From: the human T2T-CHM13v2.0 reference genome, Homo sapiens
NCBI RefSeq assembly: GCF_009914755.1
Contig: NC_060929.1
DNA: 64,000 nucleotides
Direction: 5' to 3' (one strand)
Below, piece by piece: positions 1 to 13,520 of this stretch (position 1 is the first letter of the stretch; each line of letters opens with the position of its first letter). Below the pieces are notes generated by a model. That model worked only from the letters and a program-made list of their open reading frames with translations. It did no database searches and was not told where the DNA came from. The position numbers and the translations under genes were made by a program.

Positions 1-1870
1 ATTCAAGTGTATGGTTACTGCAGGATACATTTTCTAACACTTATTTAAAAATTTACATACACTAAAGTTCATTCTTTTCGGCATTCAGTGGGATGTGACT
101 GCCACCGTCATGAAGATTCAGAGCCATCCCCTCCCCAAACATTTCTCCTCTGCTGCTGTTTGCAGTCACAGCCCCCTGCCCCCAGCCACGGCCGATGTGT
201 GCTCCATCCCTGCAGCCTGTCCCTTGCCTTTCTCTGGATGTCTTCCACACGGAGTCACACGCATGGCCTTTGGAGGCCAGCTTCAGTCAGCACAGTGCTG
301 TTGAGATTTGCTCACGGTGCTGCGGGTCACCAGCTGGTTTCTTGTTGTTGCTGCCGGTTAGGATTTGGGCTCATCCACGGTGCTGCGGGCCGCTGGTTTG
401 TTTCTTGTTATTGATGAGGTATGGACCAACCCCATGTGTCATTCAACTGTTGAGGGATATTTGGGTTGTTTTTAGGTTTTGGTGTTTATGAATGGAGCTG
501 CAGTCAATAGACGTTCACATACAGGTGTTTCTATGAGCGTAGGTCTTCGTTTCATGAATAGTAAGCGTGTTTTTAACTCTTATCCCCCAGCAGTGAATGA
601 GTGTTTCAGTTGCTCAGCATCTTTGGGTTTGCACTTGGTATTACTTTTTTCAAAGCCATTTTAATACTGGAATCTTGTTAGGGTTTTAGTTTGGATTTCC
701 CTGTGACTAACAATGCTGCATATCTTTTCATGTGGTTATTTGCATCCGTGTGTCATCTTTGGTGAATGGTCTTTCAGATCTTTTGTGCATTAAGAAAACC
801 AGCTCATTTGCTTGTTTACTATTCAGTTTAGAGATCTCTTTATATATTCTGGAAACATGTCCTTTCTCATATGTATGATTTATAAATATTTTCTCGTAGT
901 CTGTGGCTTGTCTTTTTATTCTTTTGACAGGATATTACAGATAGTGAAAGTATTCCATTTTGATTAAGTTTAATTTATCAATTTCTCTTTTTGTAGATTG
1001 ATTTTGTTGCCACATCTCATTACCTAACCTAAGGTTACAAAGATTTTTCTTTTATGCTTTCTTCTAAAGTTGTATAGTTTCATATGTTACATTCTGGTCT
1101 ATGATCCACTTTTTGTTAACTTTGGTATGAGATGTGTGAGGTAGGGGTCAAGATTTATTGTTTTTGCATGTGACTATCCAGATGTCTCAGCACCATGTAT
1201 TAGAAAGACTATCTTTTTATACTGAATGGCGTTTATACCTTTGTGAAAAATCAATTGGCTGTATTTTTGTGGATCTGTTTCTGGACTCTGTATTCTGTTC
1301 TATATATCTGTATTTTTAACCTTTTAACAATACCACATTATCTTACCTACTATAGCTTTAAAATAAGACTTGATATCAAATAATGTGAATCTTTCAATTT
1401 TATTCTTCCTCAGAATTGTTCTGGCTATTCTAGTTCTTTTTTTTCCATATAAATTTTAGAATTAGCTTATTGACCGATATCTACAAAAATCCCTGCTGGG
1501 ATTTTGATTGAGATTGTGACATATCAGTAAATCAATTTGGGGAGCATTGGCATTTGAACAATACTGACTCTCCCAATCCATGAACATGGTATGTGTCTCT
1601 ATTTAGGTTTTCTTTAATTATGTTCATCGGTGTTTTGTAGTTTTCAGCATACATATCCTGCATATTTATGTTAGATTCATGTTTAAGTTTTATATTTTTG
1701 TTCTTAATGTAAATGAGACTTTTTTAATTTCAATTTTTAGTTCATTCCTAGTATATAGAAGTACAATTTATTTTTCTAGGTTGACTTTGTATCCTATGAC
1801 CTTGCTAAACTCATTAGTAGTCATGGGAGCTTTTTAAAATAGATTCCATGGGATTTTTTAAAACATAGAT

Positions 1871-2425
1871 TTTATTAGTCAGGAGTCTCCAGAGATACAA
1901 AACCAATAGGTTATATGTGAGGAGCCTTATTAGAGGAATTGGCTTACATGATCACAGAGACAGACAAGTTTCACAATAGGCTGTCTGCAAGCTGGAGAAC
2001 CAGAGAAGCTGGTAGTGTGGCTCAGTCCAAGTCTGGAAGCCCCAGAACTAGAGAAGCTGATGATGCAGCTCCTAGCTCAAGGCCAAAGGCCTGAGAGCCC
2101 CCAGGAGGCCACTGGTGCAAGTCCTGGAGTCTAAGAGCTGAGGAACCTGGATTCTGATGTCCAAGGGCAAGAGGAGAAAAAGGCATCATTCCCTGGAAGG
2201 GAGAGAAAGAGAGAACAGAAAGCAAATTCTCCTCTTCTTGTGCCTGTTTTTCCCAGCTGGGCCTCCAGCCAGTGGAACTGACCCACATTAAGGCTGATTC
2301 TTCCTCTCTCAGTCCACCGAATCACATGCCAATCTCCTCTGGAAACACTCTCAGAAACAATTCTCCACCAGCTGTCTAGGCATCTCTCAATCCAATCCAA
2401 TCGACACTTGAAATGAACCATCACA
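1871..2425 (-). mobile_element. MLT2 (ERVL) solo LTR
   Basis: Ends ...aaatgaaccatcaca and tattagtcagg...tctccagaga typical of MLT2; 5-bp TSD TAGAT at 1866-1870 and 2426-2430. Confidence 0.85.
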
Positions 2426-2594
2426 TAGATTATAATTGTTGTCTGAGAATAGAGTTGGTTTTATATTTACTTTTTCAATCTATGTGCCTCATTTTCCTTC
2501 CTTATTGCACTTCTAGGATGTCCAGTACAGTATAGATTAGGAGTGGTCAAAGAGGCTATCTGCCTTGTTCCTGATTTTAGGGGGAGACCTTTAG

Positions 2595-2938
<344 letters not shown>

Positions 2939-4690
2939 CTGCTTTTTTTTGTTTGTTTTGTAAATGCCTCATATCAGATTAAGAAATTTCCCTTTTATTC
3001 CTTGTTTTCTGAGAGCTCTTATTGTGAATGGATGTTAAATCTTGTAAAATACTTTTTCTGCATTTATTGAGATGATTATGGTTTTTCTTCTTTAGACTGT
3101 CAATGTTGTACATTACATTGATTTTAAAATGTTGAACTAACCTTGCATTCTTAAGATAGATCTCATTTCTATTTTGCCCAATTCAATTTGCTAATACTCT
3201 GTGGGGACTTTTATGCCTATGTTCATGAGAAATACTTTTTGTGGTTTTCTTGTAATGTTTTTGTTTGATTTTGATGGGTTTGAATATCATGGTAACGCTG
3301 GCTTCTTAAAATTAATTGAGGGTATTCCCTTCTCTTCTGTTTTCTGGAAGACATTGTGTAGAATTGGTATTATTTTCTCCTGAAATGTTTGGTAGAATTC
3401 ATTAGTTAAAACATCTTGTCTGGGAGATTTCTTTGTTAGAAGATTTTTAAACCATGAATTCAATTTCCTTGGACTGTTGAAGTTTTTCTTAGGTGAATTG
3501 TACTAGTTTGTGTCTTTCAAGGAATTGGTTCATTTCATCTACTTTATTGAATTTGTGATATCAGAGTTGTTCATGACATTACCATGTTGATCTTTTAATG
3601 TCTGTAGGTTCCATGGTGATGTCTCCTCTTTCATTTCATTGGTAATTTGTGTCTTCTCACTTTTTCTTGGTCAGTTGAGTTACAGGCTTATCAATTTTAC
3701 TGATTTTTTTTCAAAGAAGCAGCTATTGGTTTTATTTTCTGTTTCCAATTTTATTGGTACCTGTTCTTATCTTTATTATTTTCTTTTCTTTGCTTGGTTT
3801 GGATTTAATTTCCTCTTCTTTTTCTAGAGTTTTAAGGTGGAAGCTTAGATTATTGAATTTGTCTATTTGTCTATTTTCCATTTCATTAATTTCCACTCTT
3901 CTTGTTTGTAATTTATTTCCTTCTACTTGCTCTAGTTTTAAATATTTTATTTTTCTTTAGATACTTAAGATGGAAGTTTAAATCACTGATTTTTTTAACT
4001 AACCATTCTTACTCTGTAATGTAAGCATTTAATGCTATGAGCTTCTTTAAGCACCTTTACCTGTATTACACAAATTTTGGTATGCTCCGTTTTCATTTTC
4101 ATTTAGTTCAAAATGGTTTCTAATTTTACTTGGAACTTTCTCTTCAACTTGTGTTATTTAGAAGTATGTTGTTTAACTTACAAATATTTGGACATTTTCC
4201 AGGTATCCTGATGCTATTGAATTCTGGCTCAATTTTGTTATGGTCAGAGAATATACTTTTTAATGATTTCTATTCTTTTATATTTGTTAAAGACAATTTT
4301 AATATGGTCTGTCTTGATGACTGTTCACTGCACTGGGAAAATAGGGGTATTCCACTGTCATTGTGTGAGTTGTTCTGTAAACATTAATTATATCCAGTTG
4401 ACTTGTTGTGTTCAGGTTATTCTTGATTTCCTATCTAGTCTCAACCTGAGAGAAGAATGTCAACATCTTAAAGTACAATTGTGGATTTTTATATTTCTCT
4501 TTTTGGTCCTTTCAGATTTTGCATTATGTATTTTGGAATTCTGTTTTAGGGTACATACTCATTTAGGATATTACTGTGTTTTCTTCATGAATTGACCCTG
4601 TATGTAAAATGCCTCCTTATTCCTGGTAGTTTCTCTTGTTCTGAAATCCACTTTGTCTGGTACTAATATAGCATTCCAGCTTTCTTTTCT

Positions 4691-4990
4691 TTTTTTTTTT
4701 TTAATACAGACAGGGTCTTGCTCTGTCACCCAGGCTGAAGTGCAGCAATGTGATCATAGCTCACTGTAACCTTGAACTCCTGAGCTCAAGAGATCCTCCC
4801 GCTTCAGCTTCTTGAGTAGCTGGGACTACAAGCATGTGCCACCATACCCAGCTAATTAAAATTCTTTTTTATAGAGATGGGGATGTCCCTCGTTGCTCAG
4901 GATAGTCTAGAACTCTTGGCCTCAAGCTGTCCTCCCACCCCCGGCCTCCCAAAGTGTTGAGATTACAGGTGTGAGCCACCACACCCAGCC
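4691..4990 (-). mobile_element. AluJ
   Basis: Antisense Alu with J-type diagnostics; TSD ccagctttctttt. Confidence 0.9.
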
Positions 4991-5420
4991 CCCAGCTTTC
5001 TTTTGATTAATGTTTGCTTGGAATATCTTACTCCATCTTTTTACTTTTAATCAATTTATGTCATTATATTAAAAGTGTGTGTTTTGTTGGCAGTATGTAA
5101 GTTGGGCCTTGATTTTTTTTCAATCAAGTCTGACAATCTCTGTCTTCTAATTGGTGTGTTTGGGTCATGTGTCATGTATGTTGACCCTGTATGTAAAATG
5201 CCTCCTTATTCCTGATAGTTTCCCTTGGTAATCATTGATATTATTGGATTTAAGTCTACTGCTTTATTATTTTTCTATTTTTTGTTCTCCTCTTTCATCT
5301 TTTCTGCCCTCTCTTTGATTATGGGAATATGTATTGGTATTACATTTTAGCTTACCTATTCGCTTTTGGGTGTATATTTTCTTATTTTTTAGTAGTTGTT
5401 GTAAGGATTATAATATATAA

Positions 5421-5840
<420 letters not shown>

Positions 5841-5989
5841 CAGACAATATAGTCATAAATATTTTAAAGAACTTGAGTTTAAAATAGTATACATATTTTC
5901 CCAGATACTTGCCACGTCTGTTGTTCTCCTTTGGTTCCTGAGGTTTTGCATTTCCCTGTGGTATCAGTTCTGTTTAAGAACTCTCTTTA

Positions 5990-6245
5990 GGCCGGGCGCG
6001 GTGGCTCATGCCTGTTATCCCAGCACTTTGGGAGGCTGAGGCAGGCGGATCACAAGGTCAGGAGTTCAAGATCAGCCTGGCCAACATAGTGAAACCCTGT
6101 CTCTACTAAAAATACAAAAATTATCCGGGCGTGGTGGCACATGCCTGTAATCCCAGCTACTCAGGAGGCTGAGGCAGGAGAATTGCTTGTACCCGGGAGG
6201 TGGACATTGCAGTGAGAAAAAACAAAAACAAACAAACAAACAAAA
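5990..6245 (+). mobile_element. AluS lacking the distal right arm, with (CAAA)n tail
   Basis: ggccgggcgcggtggctc start; gcagtgag runs straight into the A-rich tail; TSD aactctcttta. Confidence 0.92.
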
Positions 6246-6302
6246 CTCTCTTTAGCACTTCTTATGGTGCAGGTCTGCTGGTGATGTGTCTTTTATTTAT
6301 CG

Positions 6303-6599
6303 TTTTTTTTTTTCTTTTGAGACAGGGTCTCAACCTGTTGCCCAGGCTGGAGTGCAGTGGCATGATCATACCTTACTGTAACCTTGAACTCTTGGACTCA
6401 AGAAATCCTTTTGCCTCAGCCTCCCAAATAATTAGGACTACAGGTGCACACCACCATGCTCAGCTACTTTTTAAATTTTCTGTAGAGATACAGGGTTGCT
6501 ATGTTGCCCAGGCCAGTCATAAACTCCTGACCTGAAGCAGTTCTCCTGCCTCAGCCTCCCAAAGTGCTAGGATTACAGGTATAAACCACCATGCCCAGC
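6303..6599 (-). mobile_element. AluJ
   Basis: Poly-T plus diverged antisense Alu. Confidence 0.9.
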
Positions 6600-7409
6600 T
6601 TCGCCTCCATTTGTGGTGAATACTTTTGCTGGGTATAGAATTCTGGGTAGTTATTTTTTGTCTAGCACTTTAAATTTGTTGTCCACTATCTTCTGGCCTC
6701 TGTGGTTTCTGATGAGAAATTCACAGTCATTCAAATTATTGTTCCCTGTGTGTTATGTGTCATTTTTCTCTGGTTACCTTTATGACTATTTCTTTATCTT
6801 TAATTTTAATTTTGATGCTTAATTATGATGTATCTGAGCTTAGATATTAGAGATTTTCCTGTTTAGGGTTCGCTGATCTTCTTGAACCTGTTCATTTATT
6901 TCACCAAATTTGGGAAATTATTCTTTATGGCACCCATCTTTTTCTTCCCCTCCATTTCAGAGACTCAGTTGATGAAAATGTTAGACTTTTTAATATTTCC
7001 TCACAGACCTCTGAGGCTGTGTTCCTTTTTTTCAATGTTTTCTTTCTCAGACTAGATAATTTCTGTTGAACTGCCTTTAACTTCACTGATTCTTTTCTCT
7101 GTCGCCTCCATTTGCTATTAAACTCATCCAATGAAATGTTTACTTCATGTATTTTATTTCTCAGTTCTAAAATTTCAATTTCATTCTTTTTTTCAGTGTC
7201 TGTGTATCTGCTGGGACTTTTTAGCTTTTTTTTAAATTTCAAGAGTCTTTACCTTTCCCTCATGGAGTATGGTTATATTGGCTGTTTAAGATCCTTATCT
7301 ATCATTATATCATCTGTGTCATTTCGGAGTTTATTCTCTGTTTATCATCTTTTCCCTTGAATATTAGTCCCATATTCTGGTTCTTAGGATGTACAGTAAT
7401 TTAGGATTG

Positions 7410-7884
7410 TGTGATAGACAGGATAATGGGCCCAAAGCTGTTCACATGCTGATTCCCAGAGTCTGTGAATATGTCACTTTACGTGGTAAAAGGGATCATG
7501 CAGATGTGATTAAGCAGGTCTTGAGGTGGGGAGATTATCCAAGCAGGTTCACCGTAATCACAAGAATCCTTAAAAGTAGAGAATCTTTCTCACTGGGCCA
7601 GAGAAAGAGATGTGGCAACAGAAGAAGGGTCAGAGTGATGCTGCATAGCTGGCCTTGGCCCTGAGCCAAGGTGTGGAGCGCAGGCAGCCTCTTGAAGCTG
7701 GGAAAAGCAGCAAGATGGTTCCCCCTAGGCCTGCAGATTCTGGAGCACAGCCATGGGGCTCCTCGCTTTAGCCCACGGAGATCATTCCAGGCTTCAGCCA
7801 CGGGTCTGTAGGGAATGTGTTTGTGTTGTTGGAAGCCATGAGTGTGTGGTAATGTGCTACAGCAGTAACAGGGAGCTAACCCAG
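7410..7884 (+). mobile_element. MLT1D-like MaLR LTR
   Basis: tgtgatagacaggataatgg...tgtgaatatgtcac...gcagatgtgattaag start; gctacagcagtaacagggagctaac end. Confidence 0.8.
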
Positions 7885-8052
7885 ACGTCATCCCGGACAC
7901 TTTTCACCTGTGCCCTGAGGCTCTGGGTCCTGGAACTAACCCAGACTTCATCCCGGACACTTTTCACCTGTGCCCTGAGGCTCTGGGTCCTGGAACTAAC
8001 CCAGACTTCATCCCGGACACTTTTCACCTGTGCCCTGAGGCTCTGGGTCCTG
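7876..8052. repeat. 60-bp tandem repeat x3
   Basis: ctaacccagacttcatcccggacacttttcacctgtgccctgaggctctgggtcctggaa repeated at 60-nt period. Confidence 0.95.
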
Positions 8053-8892
8053 AGGCACCATCTAGGGAATGTGGATTATTTTTTGTTTTGTCTTAGTCAC
8101 AGGCAGCCCAGTAGTGAGGCTCAGCTCGCAGGTTCTCTCTCCTTCTGGGAGCCTTGTTTCCATATCCGTTTGATTGTCAAAGCCTCTGCTGCACGGGGTG
8201 GGTCTGCCCCTGACAGGCAGTCCTTGGGGCCTTGGGCACAGGTTCACGTCAGTGCAGCTCAAAGTGCTTTACGCTGTGTCTCTGGTGTGTTCCACACCTG
8301 CAGCTTGGGATGAGCCAGGACACGTGTCAGTTCGTACACAGAAGCGGGGTCCTGTCTCCTGCTCTCTCCTCTGCTTACGTCCCCCACCCTGCTGCCTCCT
8401 GGGGATGACTCCTGGTCTTCTGATGAGAAAGACGATGTTTCTCTTGGGGTCATAGCTGCCATTCCTGCTGCATGGTTCTGTGCAAACAGGCTTGCTGCCA
8501 GGACAAAGTGGTGAGAGAAAGGGAGGAAAAAATAATGAGGATTGCCCTCTTCTTGTACAGCAGGGACCCCATTGTGGGGGTCCTCCATCCACAGGGACGG
8601 ATTTTCTCTCCAGGTGCTTATGTGCACACAAACCTTTGCCACAGCAGCCACGCAACAGGCACACAACAGCCATGCAGCACGTCCCTCCACCTGCCTTTCA
8701 CCCTGTCTGCTGAGGGATGAGGCACTGTTGGAGGTCCTGGGACAGGGGCCTGACCTCCTCAGCCTCTTCTGTGGCTTCTGACAGCAGCAGTGGTAATACC
8801 GGTAACACATAGTGGTGATGGTGGTGGACGCTCGTGTTTTCTGAGTGTGATCGTGTGTCCATACGCTGTACCTGCCGGAACTTGGCGACACC

Positions 8893-9305
8893 ATGTCAGC
8901 TTCCTGGGGCAGCCTTAATGAATGACTGCAAACTGTGTGGCTCGAACAACAGGGGTTATTCTTCACAGCCTGGAGGCCAGGAGCCAAAACCAGCGCCGAT
9001 GGGCTGCAAGCGAGGTGTTGGCAGGACGGGCCCCTTGACAAAGGCTCTTGGGGAGAGTGTACTCCACACCCCCTCGCTTCTGGAATGTTCTTCTTGTGAA
9101 TCTGCATCTCTGTCAGTGTGTCTGGGTACAAATCTCCCTCTTGTAAGGACAGCAGTCATACTGGATTTAGGGCCCACCCTAATCCAGTGTGACCTCATCT
9201 CAGCTTCGTGACATCCGCCACTGTCCTATGTCCCAATACAGGAAGGTCACATTCATGGGTTTGGAAGGAAATGAATTTTGGAGGACACCACTCAGCCCAG
9301 TACCA
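8893..9305 (-). mobile_element. MLT1B/C-like MaLR LTR
   Basis: ggatttagggcccaccctaatccagtgtgacctcatct and aaggtcacattc motifs characteristic of antisense MLT1. Confidence 0.75.
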
Positions 9306-10974
9306 CTGTGCTTACCTCACAGCTCTATCGTACCAGACAGGGGAAAGCTCAGGTTGGAAGAGCTCAGGGTTGGGGCAGAAACTCAGGCCTCCCCCCGTCC
9401 CGAACCCAAGCCCTGAACTGCTGTCGTACACAGGGCTCAGTGCGACTGCGCCTGGGGCTGCCCCAAGACTGTGAAGCTCATGGACTCACGCAGCCATCCA
9501 TCGATGGCTATGGGGAGGGTACCTGCCATTACCTCTGTTTATGCTTGGGGAAACTGAGGTGCTGTGAGGTTGTATCTGTCACACCCTTGTAAGGAGGGAG
9601 CCGGGGTCCCCACTGCTGCTTTTCTCCCAGGGGGAGCCTGGAGGAGTGGGGTTTGGACACCCGGCAGGTCTCTTCCAAACCAGGGCGTCTGCGGTGGCCC
9701 TGAGCCGAGGCTGCTTCATGCCAGGCAGCCCTGAGGGGCCGAGCCGACTGGAGGGGCACAGCCTGGCATGGGGCTTGGTGACATGAGGAGCGGGGGTGTC
9801 AGAGCCAGGGGCACCGTCCTCCCATTGGCCAGGACGAGGACTAAGCTGTGACCCCTCTGGGCCCTGAAGAGCATCTCGGGGGACTTCAGTTTCAAACCTC
9901 AAAGCCACTGGGCAGAGGTTCCGTCCCGCTGGCTGGATGGAAACAGGAAGCTGGCAGGAGGACAGTGTGGCTGGGCCAGATGCCTGAGGACACAATGCTC
10001 ATGACAAAAGCAGCAGGTGCGGAGGGTTTCCGCCGGTGCCTCGCACAGGAGAGAAGATGGAGCCGAGTGAGGACCCAAGAGCAAAGGGCCCCAAGCAGTT
10101 GTCACCTGAACGGGAGGGCTGGCTGGGGCTCAGGGCTGTCCTGGGGGCCCTGCTGGGCCAGACGCCCCATGAGCCACATGGTCACAGTCTGGGCACGATT
10201 CTCTCTCCTCAGGGAGACCATCTGCGGCAGGGACCAGCCGCCCCATGAGCCAGGTGGCCATGCTGACGATGCCCTGGCGGAGGGGAGCCCGGGGGCCCAG
10301 TGGGGTTGTGGGGGTGTCGAAGGCGGGGGTGAGGGAGGGGGGTGAGCTGGGGCTGGACAGTGAGCCGAGGCTCCAGCAGATGCGGCTGAAGGAACAAACT
10401 TTAAGGGAAGAGGCTGTGAACCAGGCAGCATCCACAGTGCGTGAGTCCACGTAAAGCCCTGAAAACCAGAGAGATCGCTGGGAAGTGGCACAGTGGCCAC
10501 CGGTGCCCGAGCGACTCGGATCACATTCTCAAAGTGAATCAACGACACCAACATCAAGCCACATTCAACGCGAGGGAGCCACGTGCTGCGTAGCCGGAAA
10601 TCCCAATGCGTGATGCAGCTGGACGTGCTTCAGATGCTGCTGAACAGTCGAGGAGCCCTTAGCCACCCAGGTCCCCCCATTCTGTGGAAAAGCTCGAGGG
10701 GCTCTTCCTCGGCCCTGCAGAGGTGGCAGCTGGGAGCCCTGGACACCGAGCCCGGGCCCTTCCCCCAGACCAGCGTCAGAGCACTGCACGCCTCCACCAC
10801 AAGGCCTCTGGGGGGTCTGACGGCCCAGAGAAAGGACCAGGGCGCAGATATGGCGGCCCCCAGGACACACGGCACAGGCCCGCTCTGGCACCTGCGCCAG
10901 CATTGCTGGGTTCTTAAGGAAAGAGGCCACCGTGAAAGACAGGAGTGAGACCCAACCTGAGAAGACGAGCTGGA

Positions 10975-11250
10975 GGGAACAGAGATGCACAGAATGAAGA
11001 AAAGACAGAGGCAGGAAAGGAAAGGGTGGGGGGAGGGGAAGGGAGGGAGGGGGAGGGGGAGGGGAAGGGAGGGAGGGGGAGGGGAGACAGGACAGAGGCT
11101 GGAAAGGACAGTGATGCGCAGAATGCAGACAGGACAGGACAGGAAAGGAAAGGAAAGACAGAGGCCAGAAAGGACAAAGATGCGCGGGACGAAGAAAAGA
11201 CAGAGGCCGGAAAGGACAGAAACACACGGAATGAAGAAAAGACAGAGGCC
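10975..11250. repeat. Imperfect purine-rich tandem repeat with internal G-rich polypurine tract (11015-11090)
   Basis: Repeated ggaaaggacaga...gaatgaagaaaagacagaggc units; GGGGAGGGGAAGGGAGGG run. Confidence 0.8.
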
Positions 11251-11251
11251 C

Positions 11252-11480
11252 GGCATCTGTGGCACAACGCGGGGACTGCAGTCAACGGTAACTTAATCGT
11301 ACATTTAAAAATAACGAAGAGTGTGATTGGATTGCTTGTAACACAAAGGGTAAGTGCTGAGGGATGGACACCCCATCCTCCATGTGACCGTTATGCATCA
11401 CACGCCTGCATCAAAACATCTCAGACACGCCATAAATATATACACCTACTGTGTACCCACAAGCATTAAAATAAAAAAAT
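11252..11480 (+). mobile_element. L1MA-type 3' end (5'-truncated L1)
   Basis: ataaatatatacacctactgtgtacccaca + A-rich tail typical of L1MA1-3; flanked by aaagaca(g/a)aggc. Confidence 0.8.
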
Positions 11481-11489
11481 TTCTTAAAA

Positions 11490-12400
11490 GAAAGACAAAG
11501 GCAGCTGTCATCAGGATCCTCGGAGACCAGTGAAAGCACCGCACCGACCAAATGAAAATCAGTCGCTGCAGAAAGAAAATTCAGACATGAAAACGGCTCA
11601 ACAATTAAAAGCATGAGAGCAAAAGCCCTAACGATCCCGGAGAAGCATTTGACGTTAACGCTGAAGAGGTCTTTCCATGAGTAAAGGAAAAAGAGGTGGA
11701 AATAATAAAGTCAGGAAAATGAGCAGAGCCTGAGAGACGCCGGGGGTCAGAGCTCCAGGAAGATCGGAGGGCAGGGAGTCTTCAAGGGGAGGTTGAGCTG
11801 GCTTCCCAGAGCCCAGGGCATGAGTTTCCGGGTTGGAAGTTCCTGCTGGGATCTCTGTGAGATTCCACACCCTCGTGGACAAGGAGAAGATCCTAAATGC
11901 TCCCAGAGAGGAGGGGCGGGTTTCATGGAAATGATCCAGAGACAGAGACCTGGATGCAGGAGGCCGGGAGGAAACGCACAAACGCCTTCCAACCTGGAGT
12001 TCACGCACACCCGGGGGCAGGGTCTGAGGTTTTCTTCTTTCAAGTTGTTTCTCGGAAAGCCCCTGGAGGGCTTCTCCACCAGAACCAGCCACAGAAGGGG
12101 TCTGGGTGGGGATGGGAGCCCCTCCAGGAGGCAGTGGCAGAGATGGGAACTACCACCCAGGCAGAACATCCTCAGACAGAGACGGGAGAGGCCCCAGAGA
12201 GGCTGGGATGGACAGGAACCAGTGCAGGGAAGGTGCATTCAACTGAGACTTGGGGGCTCCATCAGCGGTGGTGTGAGTGAGTACCTGGGAAAACTAAGTC
12301 AGCAAAGATGCAAGCAACTCCAGGCCAACAGGGCTGCTCAGGCAGAGTGGAGGATTCAGAGGCTGCACACACCTGGGTGACAGGAGCTCTGCGGGGGGAG
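11490..12400 (+). mobile_element. HAL1/L1ME-like ancient LINE fragment
   Basis: cttcccagagc...catgagtttcc...gagaagatcctaaatgctcccagagag resembles HAL1 ORF1-like consensus; highly diverged. Confidence 0.5.
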
Positions 12401-12436
12401 CTGAGGGCAGTCATGACACAGCCAGATTAGGAAGGT

Positions 12437-13520
12437 GGGCCAGAGCGTGCACGGGCGCAGGGCGAGGAGGGCGCAGGGCGAGGCAGGGCCAGAGCGTGCA
12501 TGGGCGCAGGGCGAGGAGGGCGCAGGGCGAGGCAGGGCCAGAGCGTGCACGGGGGCAGGGCGAGGCGGGCGCAGGGCGAGGCAGGGCCAGAGCGTGCACG
12601 GGGGCAGGGCGAGGCGGGCGCAGGGTGAGGCAGGGCCAGAGCGTGCATGGGGGCAGGGCGAGGAGGGCGCAGGGTGAGGCAGGGCCAGAGCGTGCACGGA
12701 CACAGGGCGAGGAGGGCGCAGGGTGAGGCAGGGCCAGAGCGTGCATGGGGGCAGGGCGAGGAGGGCGCAGGGTGAGGCAGGGCCAGAGCGTGCATGGGGG
12801 CAGGGCGAGGAGGGCGCAGGGCGAGGCAGGGCCAGAGCGTGCACGGACACAGGGCGAGGAGGGCGCAGGGTGAGGCAGGGCCAGAGCGTGCACGGGCGCA
12901 GGGCGAGGAGGGCGCAGGGTGAGGCAGGGCCAGAGCGTGCACGAACACACGGGTGCAGGGCGAGGCAGGCGCAGGGCGAGGCAGGGCCAGAGCGTGCACG
13001 GACGCAGGGCGAGGAGGGCGCAGGGCGAGGCAGGGCCAGAGCGTGCACGGGCGCAGGGCGAGGAGGGCGCAGGGTGAGGCAGGGCCAGAGCGTGCACGAA
13101 CACACGGGTGCAGGGCGAGGCAGGCGCAGGGCGAGGCAGGGCCAGAGCGTGCACGGACGCAGGGCGAGGAGGGCGCAGGGCGAGGCAGGGCCAGAGCGTG
13201 CACGGGCGCAGGGCGAGGAGGGCGCAGGGCGAGGCAGGGCCAGAGCGTGCACGGGCGCAGGGCGATGAGGGCGCAGGGCGAGGCAGGGCCAGAGCGTGCA
13301 CGGGCGCAGGGCGAGGAGGGCGCAGGGCGAGGCAGGGCCAGAGCGTGCACGGGCGCAGGGCGAGGAGGGCGCAGGGCGAGGCAGGGCCAGAGCGTGCACG
13401 GGCGCAGGGCGAGGAGGGCGCAGGGTGAGGCAGGGCCAGAGCGTGCACGAACACACGGGTGCAGGGCGAGGCAGGCGCAGGGCGAGGCAGGGCCAGAGTG
13501 TGCACGGGCGCAGGGCGAGG
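12437..13520. repeat. 49-bp GC-rich minisatellite, 22 units (three 57-bp variants)
   Basis: Unit GGGCCAGAGCGTGCACGGGCGCAGGGCGAGGAGGGCGCAGGGCGAGGCA; starts at 12437, 12486 ... 13490. Confidence 0.97.

Noticed and set aside
10330-10640. Possible third retrocopy
   Set aside because: No frame gave a protein I could recognise; probably diverged LINE or unique sequence
11465-11475. Sense-strand ATTAAA/AATAAA as intronic poly-A site
   Set aside because: Part of the L1 tail; no clear GU-rich downstream element or upstream terminal exon
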